A stretch of 36,010 bases of DNA from positions 1-36,010 of the forward strand of contig JBOEGD010000045.1 in NCBI GenBank assembly GCA_050633245.1, written 5' to 3'. The position numbers were made by a program, and so were the translations under genes. This document shows positions 26,829 through 35,011 of this stretch, in pieces (within the stretch, counting starts at the first letter, position 1; every line of letters begins with the position of its first letter). The notes beneath the pieces are model-generated. The model was not told the DNA's origin. It saw nothing but the letters and a program-made list of their open reading frames with translations, and made no database searches. Source of the DNA: Calditrichia bacterium (lineage in GTDB: Bacteria; Calditrichota; Calditrichia; RBG-13-44-9; J075).

Positions 26829-27872
26829 TTAGGACTGTTTTCGGTATTCATTGGGCGTTAAGCCGGTCATTTCTTTAAAAACCGCGTTAAACGAGGACAG
26901 GCTGTTGAATCCACTATCGTAGGCAATTGCGGCAATTTTAAACTGTTGATGATCGGGAGACGTCAGCAAGCGCTTCGCCTCTTCCACCCGAAGGTGTGCA
27001 ATATATCTGGAATAATTCTGATCCGTCATTTGGTTTACCGCCTGGGACAAGTCTTTACTGTTTATTCCGATTTGTTCACTGAGCTTAATTAGAGTTAGAT
27101 CGGGGTTGAGAAAGGCCTTTTCGTTTGTCATAAAATCTGATAAGCGCTGCATGTAGCTCTGAGCATCGTTTGCGCTTAACGACGAGTTAGCATATTTGAT
27201 TGGCGCATCAGAAGCAATCGATCTGCGACTGCGCTGAAATCCCCACAGCAGCAGCGATACATAAAAAACAAACGAGAAAGAGAGTGCGCCCACAATATAG
27301 GACGTGTAGGCTACCGTTTCATAAGCCACATAAACGATTGCGACACCGATAAAGATATTTAATAGCCAGACCTCTTCGTCACTCGCTTTTTTCTTACTTA
27401 ACCAAAGCTTTTTTAATACATATCTTAAAAGATAGCCGGAGGCCAGAATACAAATTCCCCAAACGGTATATATGTTGGCGACAAAAACGCGCCAGTTATT
27501 CATCGGACCGTCAAATGGATGAACATATTCCATCCAACCAATGGCAATCAGGAATGGCAGCAGATAAAGCCACCAGGTCTTGCGCAGATTGTTGTCGGGC
27601 TTTGTGGCATTTAGGGTATATAAATAGAGAAAAGGTCCAATCAACAGACAGGCAGCAAGGCCGACGTGAACAAAGAGTTTAAAAAAGTTGGGGTTGAAGA
27701 AGATGAATATCGATTTGGTAATGCGAATGCTTACCATCAGCAATAATCCGCCAAGAAAATAATCTGAGAGACGTTTCCCGGACTTCACCAGCAAAAAATA
27801 GCCGCTCAATAGGAGGCCGTTTATGGCACCTAAACCGCTGAAAAGAAAGATGAGCTGTTGCGAAAGATTCAT
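26829..27872 (-). CDS. Membrane-anchored AraC family transcriptional regulator
   Basis: About 7 TM segments, then FLNPDLTL..LS...LSQAVN...LRVEEAK...IAYDSGFNSLSSFN..FK..TG.TP.EYR. Start moved to ATG 27872; the ORF-track extension to 28004 runs through a promoter and a repeat. Confidence 0.92.
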   Translation of the reverse strand: MNLSQQLIFLFSGLGAINGLLLSGYFLLVKSGKRLSDYFLGGLLLMVSIRITKSIFIFFNPNFFKLFVHVGLAACLLIGPFLYLYTLNATKPDNNLRKTWWLYLLPFLIAIGWMEYVHPFDGPMNNWRVFVANIYTVWGICILASGYLLRYVLKKLWLSKKKASDEEVWLLNIFIGVAIVYVAYETVAYTSYIVGALSFSFVFYVSLLLWGFQRSRRSIASDAPIKYANSSLSANDAQSYMQRLSDFMTNEKAFLNPDLTLIKLSEQIGINSKDLSQAVNQMTDQNYSRYIAHLRVEEAKRLLTSPDHQQFKIAAIAYDSGFNSLSSFNAVFKEMTGLTPNEYRKQS

Positions 27873-27879
27873 AGTGAAG

Positions 27880-27908
27880 AAAATAGGTATTCGATCGGTC
27901 ATTGTCAA
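27880..27908 (-). promoter_or_regulatory. Sigma70-type promoter of the AraC gene
   Basis: Minus strand TTGACA (27908-27903), 17 bp, TATTTT (27885-27880); the ATG follows after 7 nt. Confidence 0.55.
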
Positions 27909-27918
27909 TTGAGCAGAT

Positions 27919-27950
27919 AGGCAATGAGCCGTCGACCTATGTGTCGATGG
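27919..27950 (+). repeat. Composite repeat copy 4 (31-bp direct repeat with copy 5)
   Basis: AGGCAATGAGCCGTCGACCTATGTGTCGATG; 29/31 identical to 28645-28675. Confidence 0.85.
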
Positions 27951-28062
27951 TAAATAAAAACGATACTGATATAGGGCTACGGTTGATTTTACCGGAAAAA
28001 TCAACTTTATTAAAACTCATCAGCCTAATGACATCAGCACGTTTATACAAAAAGCTAAAGCG

Positions 28063-28653
28063 GTGGAGATGATTGAATATCACTCAACACAAATTCAAGC
28101 TGGCATAACCCATTACCTTGCTCTGCAAGATGGGGAAGAGGTAAGTTACAGTCGCTGGATTGCCGGGCTGCGAGATTCGGAAGACTTTACGAAGTCTTTT
28201 ATCGAGGTATTGCAAAATTCTCCTTTTAAAGGTTATTTCTGGGAGGTCCGTCCGATAACGCGTAGTCGCTTGGACGAGCCGTTTGAGTTTGTGCTGGTGG
28301 AAGGCAATATGCTGACCAAGCTTACGACGGATACGACAGCATTTCGTGAGTATTTTGAAGATGGAAGCAGCGTTAAAGCCTTTGCCAATTTGGGAGCTGA
28401 TGCGCAATTAATCGTTCCGGCTCAACTTGGCAATATCGCAAGCTATGCTCACCTGGCGGCATTTGTTCGTAATGCTCCAGAATCACAGGTGGTCGAGTTC
28501 TGGCAACAGGTGGCAACTGAGTATGATAAATTTATTGGTGACCAGGTAAAATGGCTTAGCACAGCGGGGCTGGGAATTTACTGGCTTCACGTGCGAATTG
28601 ATTCACGTCCGAAATACTATTGCTATGATCCGTACAAGGCAGTAAGGCAATGA
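28063..28653 (+). CDS. DUF6940-like hypothetical protein
   Basis: PF..YFWE; FEFV; FANLGADAQLIVP; YAHLAAFVRNAP; WLSTAGLGIYWLHVRIDSRPKYY, recalled for this family. Start is GTG 28063 or ATG 28069. Confidence 0.75.
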   Translation: MEMIEYHSTQIQAGITHYLALQDGEEVSYSRWIAGLRDSEDFTKSFIEVLQNSPFKGYFWEVRPITRSRLDEPFEFVLVEGNMLTKLTTDTTAFREYFEDGSSVKAFANLGADAQLIVPAQLGNIASYAHLAAFVRNAPESQVVEFWQQVATEYDKFIGDQVKWLSTAGLGIYWLHVRIDSRPKYYCYDPYKAVRQ

Positions 28654-28675
28654 GTCGTCGACCAATGTGTCGATG
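28645..28675 (+). repeat. Composite repeat copy 5, containing the stop codon of ORF 28063
   Basis: AGGCAATGAGTCGTCGACCAATGTGTCGATG; TGA 28651-28653 is the stop; preceded by an in-phase octamer AAGGCAGT. Confidence 0.85.
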
Positions 28676-28943
28676 CTGAGTGGAGATGAGTGACGTGAGA
28701 ACTGAGCTGAAACCCGGAAAACAATGACATTGCCTTATTACCATAAATTTACCTTTACATTAATGCCTGTTGATGCGAAAAAATGTCGTTTAAATGACTC
28801 CAGGCTTTGTCTAATTATCGACTCACGCATATCTTTTAGCCAGCGCAAACACATCCTTACGCTGCATTTGTCTAACTGTCTCTAAATGCGAGGCCATCTT
28901 TTTAGTCAGGTAACCTTAGCGATCTTCACTGGAGAACCTCAAA

Positions 28944-29486
28944 ATGAATGAAAAGCCAAATCAATTGAATCAATCAAATGGGCAGGCCATTTTAGCGCTC
29001 TGGGTAGGAATTGCGCTGTGTTTATATACCGGAGATATACTGCTCTATAAAGTTCTGGCTGGTTTGGTGTTTCTGATTGCCGTAACGCTTCGGTGTTATC
29101 AAAACTTTGAAGAAGGTCGAACCTTAGCGTTTTGGGTTATTGTCGCAGGAGCTACTAACCTCATCGACTTTTTCCCCAGTAATATAAGAATTGATATTTT
29201 AGGAATAGATTTTATTTTGGTTGCCGTTGGTTTTATGCACTATTTTGCCAATGAAGAAGCCTTATCCAAATATTTAACTGGGCTTTTTAAGAAAGAAATT
29301 TCTGAGGAAGATAAAGAAGCGGGAGAGCTGGCCTTAAAAAATCATTTTAAGAAAAAATTTTCCAACAAAGGAATTGCAGAATTAGAGCTAATTGCTAAGG
29401 ATGATAAGTTTCTACCGAAGGCGATTGAAGCAGCGGAAGAACTTTTAGCAGAAAGAAAATCAGGTGAGAGTACCGAAAGCGAATGA
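28944..29486 (+). CDS. Hypothetical membrane protein
   Basis: SD GGAG; about 4 hydrophobic segments followed by a charged helical tail. Confidence 0.7.
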   Translation: MNEKPNQLNQSNGQAILALWVGIALCLYTGDILLYKVLAGLVFLIAVTLRCYQNFEEGRTLAFWVIVAGATNLIDFFPSNIRIDILGIDFILVAVGFMHYFANEEALSKYLTGLFKKEISEEDKEAGELALKNHFKKKFSNKGIAELELIAKDDKFLPKAIEAAEELLAERKSGESTESE

Positions 29487-29618
29487 GTCGGCAATTTTAG
29501 CTTCTCGTAAAGAAGTGTATAGTGTTACGCCTTGTGAAAAGCTGCTTTTTCGTTCTGAGATTGTAATCTAAATTTAGAAAACGGTTGTGTTTCAAGGGAA
29601 TATTGGGTTGGTAAAAAA

Positions 29619-30323
29619 ATGAAAATTGTAAAAAGAGAAATAGCCAGTTGGATACAGCTCTATGCTCCGATTGCAGGAAGAGGCGTGCTGGTTAATGACA
29701 GTTTAAGGGAGTCCGCTCCGATGCGATATTTTCTGAGCGGTATGATTCCCGGCTCTTATGAGGCTCATGCCGTTGCTTTTCATTCATTTTGGGTGAACTC
29801 CAATGTACCGGCAGATCAAATTATGATTATGAAGAACTACAATGGAGATATAAACGAGGACGACTTCAAGCGGACCTCCTGGAAAGATTTTTTTGCCTCT
29901 AAAGGGCAGCCTTTTGACGTGGAAACAGCATACGTCTCCAGCGAAGCACACTACAAACGCTTCACACAAATGAGCAATGAGCTTTATGCCGGAGAAGGTC
30001 TTTTAGATGAAGAATATATCCACTCTCTGGTTGAAGTCGTATCTGAACTATATGGCTCTCAAGAGATAGAAGTTTTCTATACTTTTCGATTAACCAGAGA
30101 CCGTGAAGATCGAGTCTACGAAGGTGCAATTGATGAATTATCTCTTCTACTGAAAGACAAAGACGTTCTGCTTACACCTAGCCTCATTTATGCCAAAAAC
30201 GAGAGCTGGATGGTTAATACAGACCTTACCGCCCCCTTCACGTTTATCGGAGGGGAGAAGGCTCTTGTAGATGCTCTTGTTGATAAACACCCCGATGAGA
30301 TATATGAGATTTCTTATACATAA
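29619..30323 (+). CDS. Hypothetical protein
   Basis: 234-aa ATG ORF. The C-terminal PSLIY....SW.V.TD....FTFIGG...LV..L resembles uncharacterised, immunity-like families (low certainty). Confidence 0.7.
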   Translation: MKIVKREIASWIQLYAPIAGRGVLVNDSLRESAPMRYFLSGMIPGSYEAHAVAFHSFWVNSNVPADQIMIMKNYNGDINEDDFKRTSWKDFFASKGQPFDVETAYVSSEAHYKRFTQMSNELYAGEGLLDEEYIHSLVEVVSELYGSQEIEVFYTFRLTRDREDRVYEGAIDELSLLLKDKDVLLTPSLIYAKNESWMVNTDLTAPFTFIGGEKALVDALVDKHPDEIYEISYT

Positions 30324-30397
30324 ATAAGGCAATAAGGCAATAAATTCGCGTCAAACTGAGTCCTTCGACTAAGCTCAGGATAAACTACATCGAAGAC
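30323..30397. repeat. Octamer tandem (AATAAGGC) plus REP-like CCTTCGACTAAGCTCAGG element
   Basis: AATAAGGC x2.6 at 30323-30343, right at the stop codon. TCCTTCGACTAAGCTCAGGA 30361-30380 sits between CTGAG and TCGAAG half-motifs. Confidence 0.6.
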
Positions 30398-30484
30398 AGA
30401 CCGTGCATGATAAATGGTGAGAGACAATAAGACAACTTGTATTTATTGACGGAAAAGCACACTTGTAAAAGGTATAGAGTGTCT

Positions 30485-30799
30485 ATGGAAAACAACAAAC
30501 AGTTACCCCCTGTCTATTTCGTGTTATTTCATACTCCCGGTAATAAGTGGATTAAGGATATACCGTTTCAGGAGCAGCCTGGAGTGAAGGATCATGTGCA
30601 GTATATGTCGAGCTTTATGGAAAGCAAAACGCTTGTGATCGGCGGGCCATTTCTCGATAATAGTGGCGGCATGATGGTTTGCAAAGCTGAGTCTCAGGAG
30701 GCCGCAGAAAAGATTGCCAATGAAGACCCGGGCGTGAAAAGTGGTCTTCTAAAAGTCGAAATTAAACGCTGGCTTGTTCCGATGGCGACTGTTAGGTAA
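30485..30799 (+). CDS. YciI family protein
   Basis: DHVQYM; GGPFLDNSGGM; AEKIANEDPGVKSGLL...IKRW. Start moved to ATG 30485; the ORF track starts at 30437. Confidence 0.85.
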   Translation: MENNKQLPPVYFVLFHTPGNKWIKDIPFQEQPGVKDHVQYMSSFMESKTLVIGGPFLDNSGGMMVCKAESQEAAEKIANEDPGVKSGLLKVEIKRWLVPMATVR

Positions 30800-30829
30800 A
30801 TGATGATCGATGAATGATAATTGATGAAT
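30799..30829. repeat. Degenerate 7/14-bp tandem repeat at the YciI stop codon
   Basis: AATGATGATCGATG / AATGATAATTGATG / AAT. Confidence 0.55.
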
Positions 30830-30967
30830 AGGTGTTTGAAGTCATGAGTCGAGATTGACCATTGCCAAATAACGAATGAACAAGCGCAAGCTATTTGACC
30901 AAAAATGTTAATTGAGATGGATTGAGGTTTCTTAGTGCCGGTATGTTCTTCGAGTAATACTCAGGCA

Positions 30968-32032
30968 TTAAGCCTTTCCATCAATAGACAAGTTCGTAAG
31001 ACTGTGAAGCGCCATGTCAGAAGTGAGTTCATTCATGCATTTGAAATGACCTTTTGGGCAGATAGATTTACCAATGTGGCTACATGGCCGGCAGCCAAGG
31101 TCTGAATTCTCCAGAATAGCTGCGCGATCGTTAATTGGACCAAAACCCAATTGCAGGGTCGTTGAACCAAAAATGGCAAGCTGTGGAATACCAAAACATG
31201 CCGCAGCATGCATTAAACCGGAATCATTGCTTACAAATAGCCCCGCCTGCTTTATTAGTGCACAGCTTTCAATGAGTGAAAGCTGACCAACCAAATTCTC
31301 TATTATCGAATAATCTTTCAACTGAGCAATAATAGACTCAGATAACGTCCTTTCATCAGGCCCACCCAATAAGATGGTGCGCCAACCCTGTTGCTCGTAG
31401 AGCTTTGTAATTAGCTCGGCGTACTTCTTCTCTGGCCAGCGTTTGGTGAAGTGCCGTGCTCCCGGTGCCATAGCGACGTGAAAGCCTTTTGAGCTGAGTG
31501 TTTTCCATCGCTCTTCTTCTGCCGATTCGATCTCGGGCGGAAGCCAAAGCTCCAGGCGTTGTTCGTTGGAATCGAGTCCCAGTGCTTCTCCGGCCAGCAG
31601 GTATTTTTCGGCAACGGTGCGCGACCTGCCGTACAGCCTGGCGTATAAGTCAATGCCCATTTTTACCAAAGCAAAACGCGCAAACTTATCTTTCTTCATA
31701 CGCATGATCGGCGAGCTGCCCTTGAGGCGCGTTAAAAACAGACTGCGAATGTTGACGTGCAAATCGAGAATTATATCATAACCCGCTGCTTGAATTTGCG
31801 ACCTCATGGCTTCCAATTCAACTTTGCCAAGATTCGTATCCAGGGTAAGGACGTTGTTAAGATGGGGATTCGTGGCGAGAAGGGAAGAAAACTCTGTGCG
31901 TGTCAGAAAATCGATTTGCGCAAGCGGGTAGCGTTCGCGAAGCTGCCACATAACCGGGCTGGTTAGCAGTATATCTCCAATGGAACTCAGACGGATAATC
32001 AGGATTTTATTTGGGGGCGGTAGTCTCATCAA
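30968..32032 (-). CDS. waaF: Glycosyltransferase family 9, LPS heptosyltransferase II-like
   Basis: ILIIRLSSIGDILL; APGARHFTKRW; SNDSGLMHAA; FGST; CRPCSHIG..CP.GHFKCM. Confidence 0.8.
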   Translation of the reverse strand: MMRLPPPNKILIIRLSSIGDILLTSPVMWQLRERYPLAQIDFLTRTEFSSLLATNPHLNNVLTLDTNLGKVELEAMRSQIQAAGYDIILDLHVNIRSLFLTRLKGSSPIMRMKKDKFARFALVKMGIDLYARLYGRSRTVAEKYLLAGEALGLDSNEQRLELWLPPEIESAEEERWKTLSSKGFHVAMAPGARHFTKRWPEKKYAELITKLYEQQGWRTILLGGPDERTLSESIIAQLKDYSIIENLVGQLSLIESCALIKQAGLFVSNDSGLMHAAACFGIPQLAIFGSTTLQLGFGPINDRAAILENSDLGCRPCSHIGKSICPKGHFKCMNELTSDMALHSLTNLSIDGKA

Positions 32033-33053
32033 TCACCTGTTTATAAATATCCTTTAGTCCGCTACTGACAGTTTCTTTCAGCATATCACCTTCGGAGTAA
32101 ATGAGGATACCGTCCAAGTCCGGATTGTCTTCAATGTAGGCTGCGCCTTTTTTCGGTCCCATAACAAAAATTGCGGTAGAAAGGCCGTCTGCAATCATCG
32201 CATCCTTTGCGATAATGGTTGCACTAGCCATTGGTCTTGCCGGCATTCCGGTGGCCGGATTCAGAATATGATGGTAGCGAACCCGGTCTTTCATAAAGTA
32301 AAAGTGATAGTCGCCGGAGGTTGCCAGGCCACAACTTTTGTTGATTTTAAACTTCCCCCAGAACTGCGCGTCGGTGCGTGGATGTCGAGTACTGACGTCA
32401 ATAGAGTCTTGCCGGTTCCACTCAATGCCCAAATTCCCGCTGGCATCGATAAGGAAATTTTGCAATCCACGCGCCTTTAAAAAAGCTCTAACGGCTTCAA
32501 CGGCGTAGCCTTTGTTAATTCCACCAAGATCTATTTCTACTCCAGCCGGAAGGGAAAGGGTTTTTCCTGCCAGTATAAGTCTTTTATAGTTTACTTTTTG
32601 CACTGCTGTCGCAAGCCTGGAAGAATCCGGGAGATTTGGGAGCGTTTTGCCAAAGTCCCACATTTGGAAAACAGGCCAGAGGGTAATATCAAATGCCCCC
32701 TGCGTTGCTTTGCTAATTGCAAGTGATTGACGAACAATATTGGCGGCGTGTTCTGGCAAAGCAATACGTCGATTCGTTCCATTCTGCGCATTTAATTTGG
32801 CGGTGATTGATTGTTCGCCATAGCTGCTGGTTTCGGAATCGATCTCGGCGATTAAAAAAAATGCGCTGTCCAGAACGGTATTTAGATAGGCTTCGCTTTT
32901 GTCGAAGTCGTAGGAGGTAATTGTAAAGTAGGTGCCCATGTGCGGCTGCGCTTTGGAAACCGGAACCTTTCGCTGCTTTTCGGAGCAATTCGTAAATAAC
33001 GTTGCCGTAACAAGTAGAAAGGTAAGGAGTAAAGAGAGAGAAGTTTTTTTCAT
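32007..33053 (-). CDS. apbE: FAD:protein FMN transferase lipoprotein
   Basis: Lipoprotein-like signal (LFTNC); MGT; GAFDIT; DLGGINKGYAV; ATSGDY; RYHHILNP.TG; ADGLSTA. Confidence 0.93.
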   Translation of the reverse strand: MKKTSLSLLLTFLLVTATLFTNCSEKQRKVPVSKAQPHMGTYFTITSYDFDKSEAYLNTVLDSAFFLIAEIDSETSSYGEQSITAKLNAQNGTNRRIALPEHAANIVRQSLAISKATQGAFDITLWPVFQMWDFGKTLPNLPDSSRLATAVQKVNYKRLILAGKTLSLPAGVEIDLGGINKGYAVEAVRAFLKARGLQNFLIDASGNLGIEWNRQDSIDVSTRHPRTDAQFWGKFKINKSCGLATSGDYHFYFMKDRVRYHHILNPATGMPARPMASATIIAKDAMIADGLSTAIFVMGPKKGAAYIEDNPDLDGILIYSEGDMLKETVSSGLKDIYKQVIDETTAPK

Positions 33054-33080
33054 TGGGCAATGGCTTAAGCTTATATCAGG

Positions 33081-34058
33081 TTATTTTCTTCGATCAATTA
33101 CATAATGTGCCAGTTCTTCTAAGGATTCGCGTGCCGTTGTAGGTGGAAGAATATCAATAGACTTAATTGCTTTGTCTCGCATTTCTTCAGCCTTTGCTCT
33201 TGCCTTCTCCAGACCCTTGTGTTCACGCAAGAACTCCAGTATCGTACGCGACCCGTTTTTATCGAGGCCTTTGCGAATGAGCTTTAATATCTTTTTACGA
33301 TCTCTTTCCGGGGCATCCTGTAGCGCGTACAGCATTGGTAGCGTGATTTTTTTGTCCTCCAAATCAGCCATTGCCGGTTTGCCAATAATACCGGAGGTGG
33401 ACTCAAAGTCTAGCAGGTCGTCTTTAATCTGAAATGCGATTCCCAGATATTCACCAAAATCTCGTAGTGCGCGTCGCTGTTCCGGTTCTGCATTTGTTGT
33501 TAGCGCACCAAGTTCACAACAGGCGGAAATAAGCGAGGCGGTTTTGTCTGCAACCAGCCGAAAGTAATCTTCTTCTGTCATATCCAGATCTCGTGATTTT
33601 TGCATTTCAAATATCTGACCCTGAATAAGACGCTTAGCGACGTTCGCGATAATCTGGATACTGTCGAGGTTACCAGTCTCTGATGCTGAAATAAGGGACT
33701 TGGCCAGAAGATAGTCACCCATAATAATGGCGATCTTATTTTTCCAGATTTTGTGGATCGTGGTAAAGCCACGCCTTAGCTCAGCCTCATCCAGAACGTC
33801 ATCATGCAGAAGCGTTGCGGTATGCAATAGCTCTGTTACCGCTGCGGTAACATAAGTATTGTGAACCGGCTTGCCAATGGCGCGAGCTGAAACAATGAGA
33901 ATTAAGGGGCGAAATTGTTTTCCTTTGTGCTTAACAATGTATTTAGCAACATTGTCTACAAGCTTTATATCTGAGCGCATAACCTCACTAAAGACGTCGT
34001 TGAATTGTTCAATATCTTCTTTAAAGGGATCGAATATCTTTTTGACTGCTGTTTTCAT
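33081..34058 (-). CDS. Long-chain trans-polyprenyl diphosphate synthase (IspB-like)
   Basis: GKQFRP; FARM LLHDDVLD..RRG; GDYLL; KTA; SARM FQIKDDLLD; GKP..DL...ITLP. Confidence 0.92.
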   Translation of the reverse strand: MKTAVKKIFDPFKEDIEQFNDVFSEVMRSDIKLVDNVAKYIVKHKGKQFRPLILIVSARAIGKPVHNTYVTAAVTELLHTATLLHDDVLDEAELRRGFTTIHKIWKNKIAIIMGDYLLAKSLISASETGNLDSIQIIANVAKRLIQGQIFEMQKSRDLDMTEEDYFRLVADKTASLISACCELGALTTNAEPEQRRALRDFGEYLGIAFQIKDDLLDFESTSGIIGKPAMADLEDKKITLPMLYALQDAPERDRKKILKLIRKGLDKNGSRTILEFLREHKGLEKARAKAEEMRDKAIKSIDILPPTTARESLEELAHYVIDRRK

Positions 34059-34093
34059 GGCGCAGACCTTTTGGAAAAGTGTACTCGTAATTT

Positions 34094-34117
34094 AGTTTGT
34101 AACAGTTTTCACAAACT
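34094..34117. promoter_or_regulatory. Palindromic operator (Rex- or CRP/FNR-like) upstream of the polyprenyl synthase operon
   Basis: AGTTTGT-N10-ACAAACT. The core TTGTAACAGTTTTCACAA matches the Rex consensus TTGTGAA-N4-TTCACAA at 12 of 14 positions. Confidence 0.4.
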
Positions 34118-34192
34118 TTATATCCAAAGATAAATTAAAGACAACAATAAGTCTACCAAGTAATAAGAATGCAGCAAAATACGTTAACGAAG

Positions 34193-35011
34193 TCATTCGC
34201 CAATCGGATCAGTATCTGTGGTGCTTTCATCGGCGCCGCGTTCTGCTTCTGCCTGTTTTGCTAACATTTTTACTCGTCGCTTTTCGACGTAGCGAACAAC
34301 ACCAATGGAAACTTCATAGAGCAGGATGAGTGGCACGCCAAGTAATATCTGCGTGAATGGATCTGGAGGAGTAAGAACGGCAGCGATAACAAAGATAACA
34401 ATGATGGAATGTCTGCGATAAGTGCGCATTAGGCGTGTGTTTATAATGCCGATTTTTCCGAGAAAAAAGCTTAATACCGGCAGTTCGAATACCATTCCAA
34501 ACAGGAACATCAGGCGAATAGCGAAACCGATATAGTAATCGATGGCAATACCCGGCGTGATGTCACTTGGGGTAAGGCTAATAAGAAATCGTATCGTAAA
34601 TGGTAAGACCAAATAGTAGGCAAAAGCTATCCCACCCAGGAAGAGTGTTGTTGAAAAAAAGAGCAGGGGGACAATATATTTGCGTTCGTGCTTCATAAGA
34701 CCGGGAGCAATAAATCCCCAGAGTTGATATAGCAAATAAGGAAGCGCAAGAATCAGCCCGCCAAAAAAGCCGATTTCCAGGTATACGGTCAGCATGCCCT
34801 GAACTTTTAGCACCTGTAGGTTTAGCGGTGTGTCCAAAATCTCGGCGGGATAAGTTAGAACGGCTAAAATGTATTCTGCTACAAAGAAGCAGATGACCAT
34901 GCCCGCAACTAGTGCGACCATTGCACGGATCAACCTCCAACGGAGCTCTTCAAGATGCTCGACAAAAGACATTTCCTGGTCTTCTTCGCCAGCTCGGCGG
35001 CTATCAGTCAC
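34193..35011 (-). CDS. tatC: Twin-arginine translocase subunit TatC
   Basis: MSFVEHLEELRWRLI; YQLWGFIAPGL..HER; FELP; AAVLTPPDPFTQ; LYE. Confidence 0.96.
   Translation of the reverse strand: MTDSRRAGEEDQEMSFVEHLEELRWRLIRAMVALVAGMVICFFVAEYILAVLTYPAEILDTPLNLQVLKVQGMLTVYLEIGFFGGLILALPYLLYQLWGFIAPGLMKHERKYIVPLLFFSTTLFLGGIAFAYYLVLPFTIRFLISLTPSDITPGIAIDYYIGFAIRLMFLFGMVFELPVLSFFLGKIGIINTRLMRTYRRHSIIVIFVIAAVLTPPDPFTQILLGVPLILLYEVSIGVVRYVEKRRVKMLAKQAEAERGADESTTDTDPIGE

Noticed and set aside
28806-28890. Possible attC remnants (TTTGTCTAA at 28806 and 28867, including GTCTAAC = RYYYAAC; also at 17422)
   Set aside because: I found no complementary GTTRRRY end or L-box pairing downstream, and no integron integrase; too weak to call.
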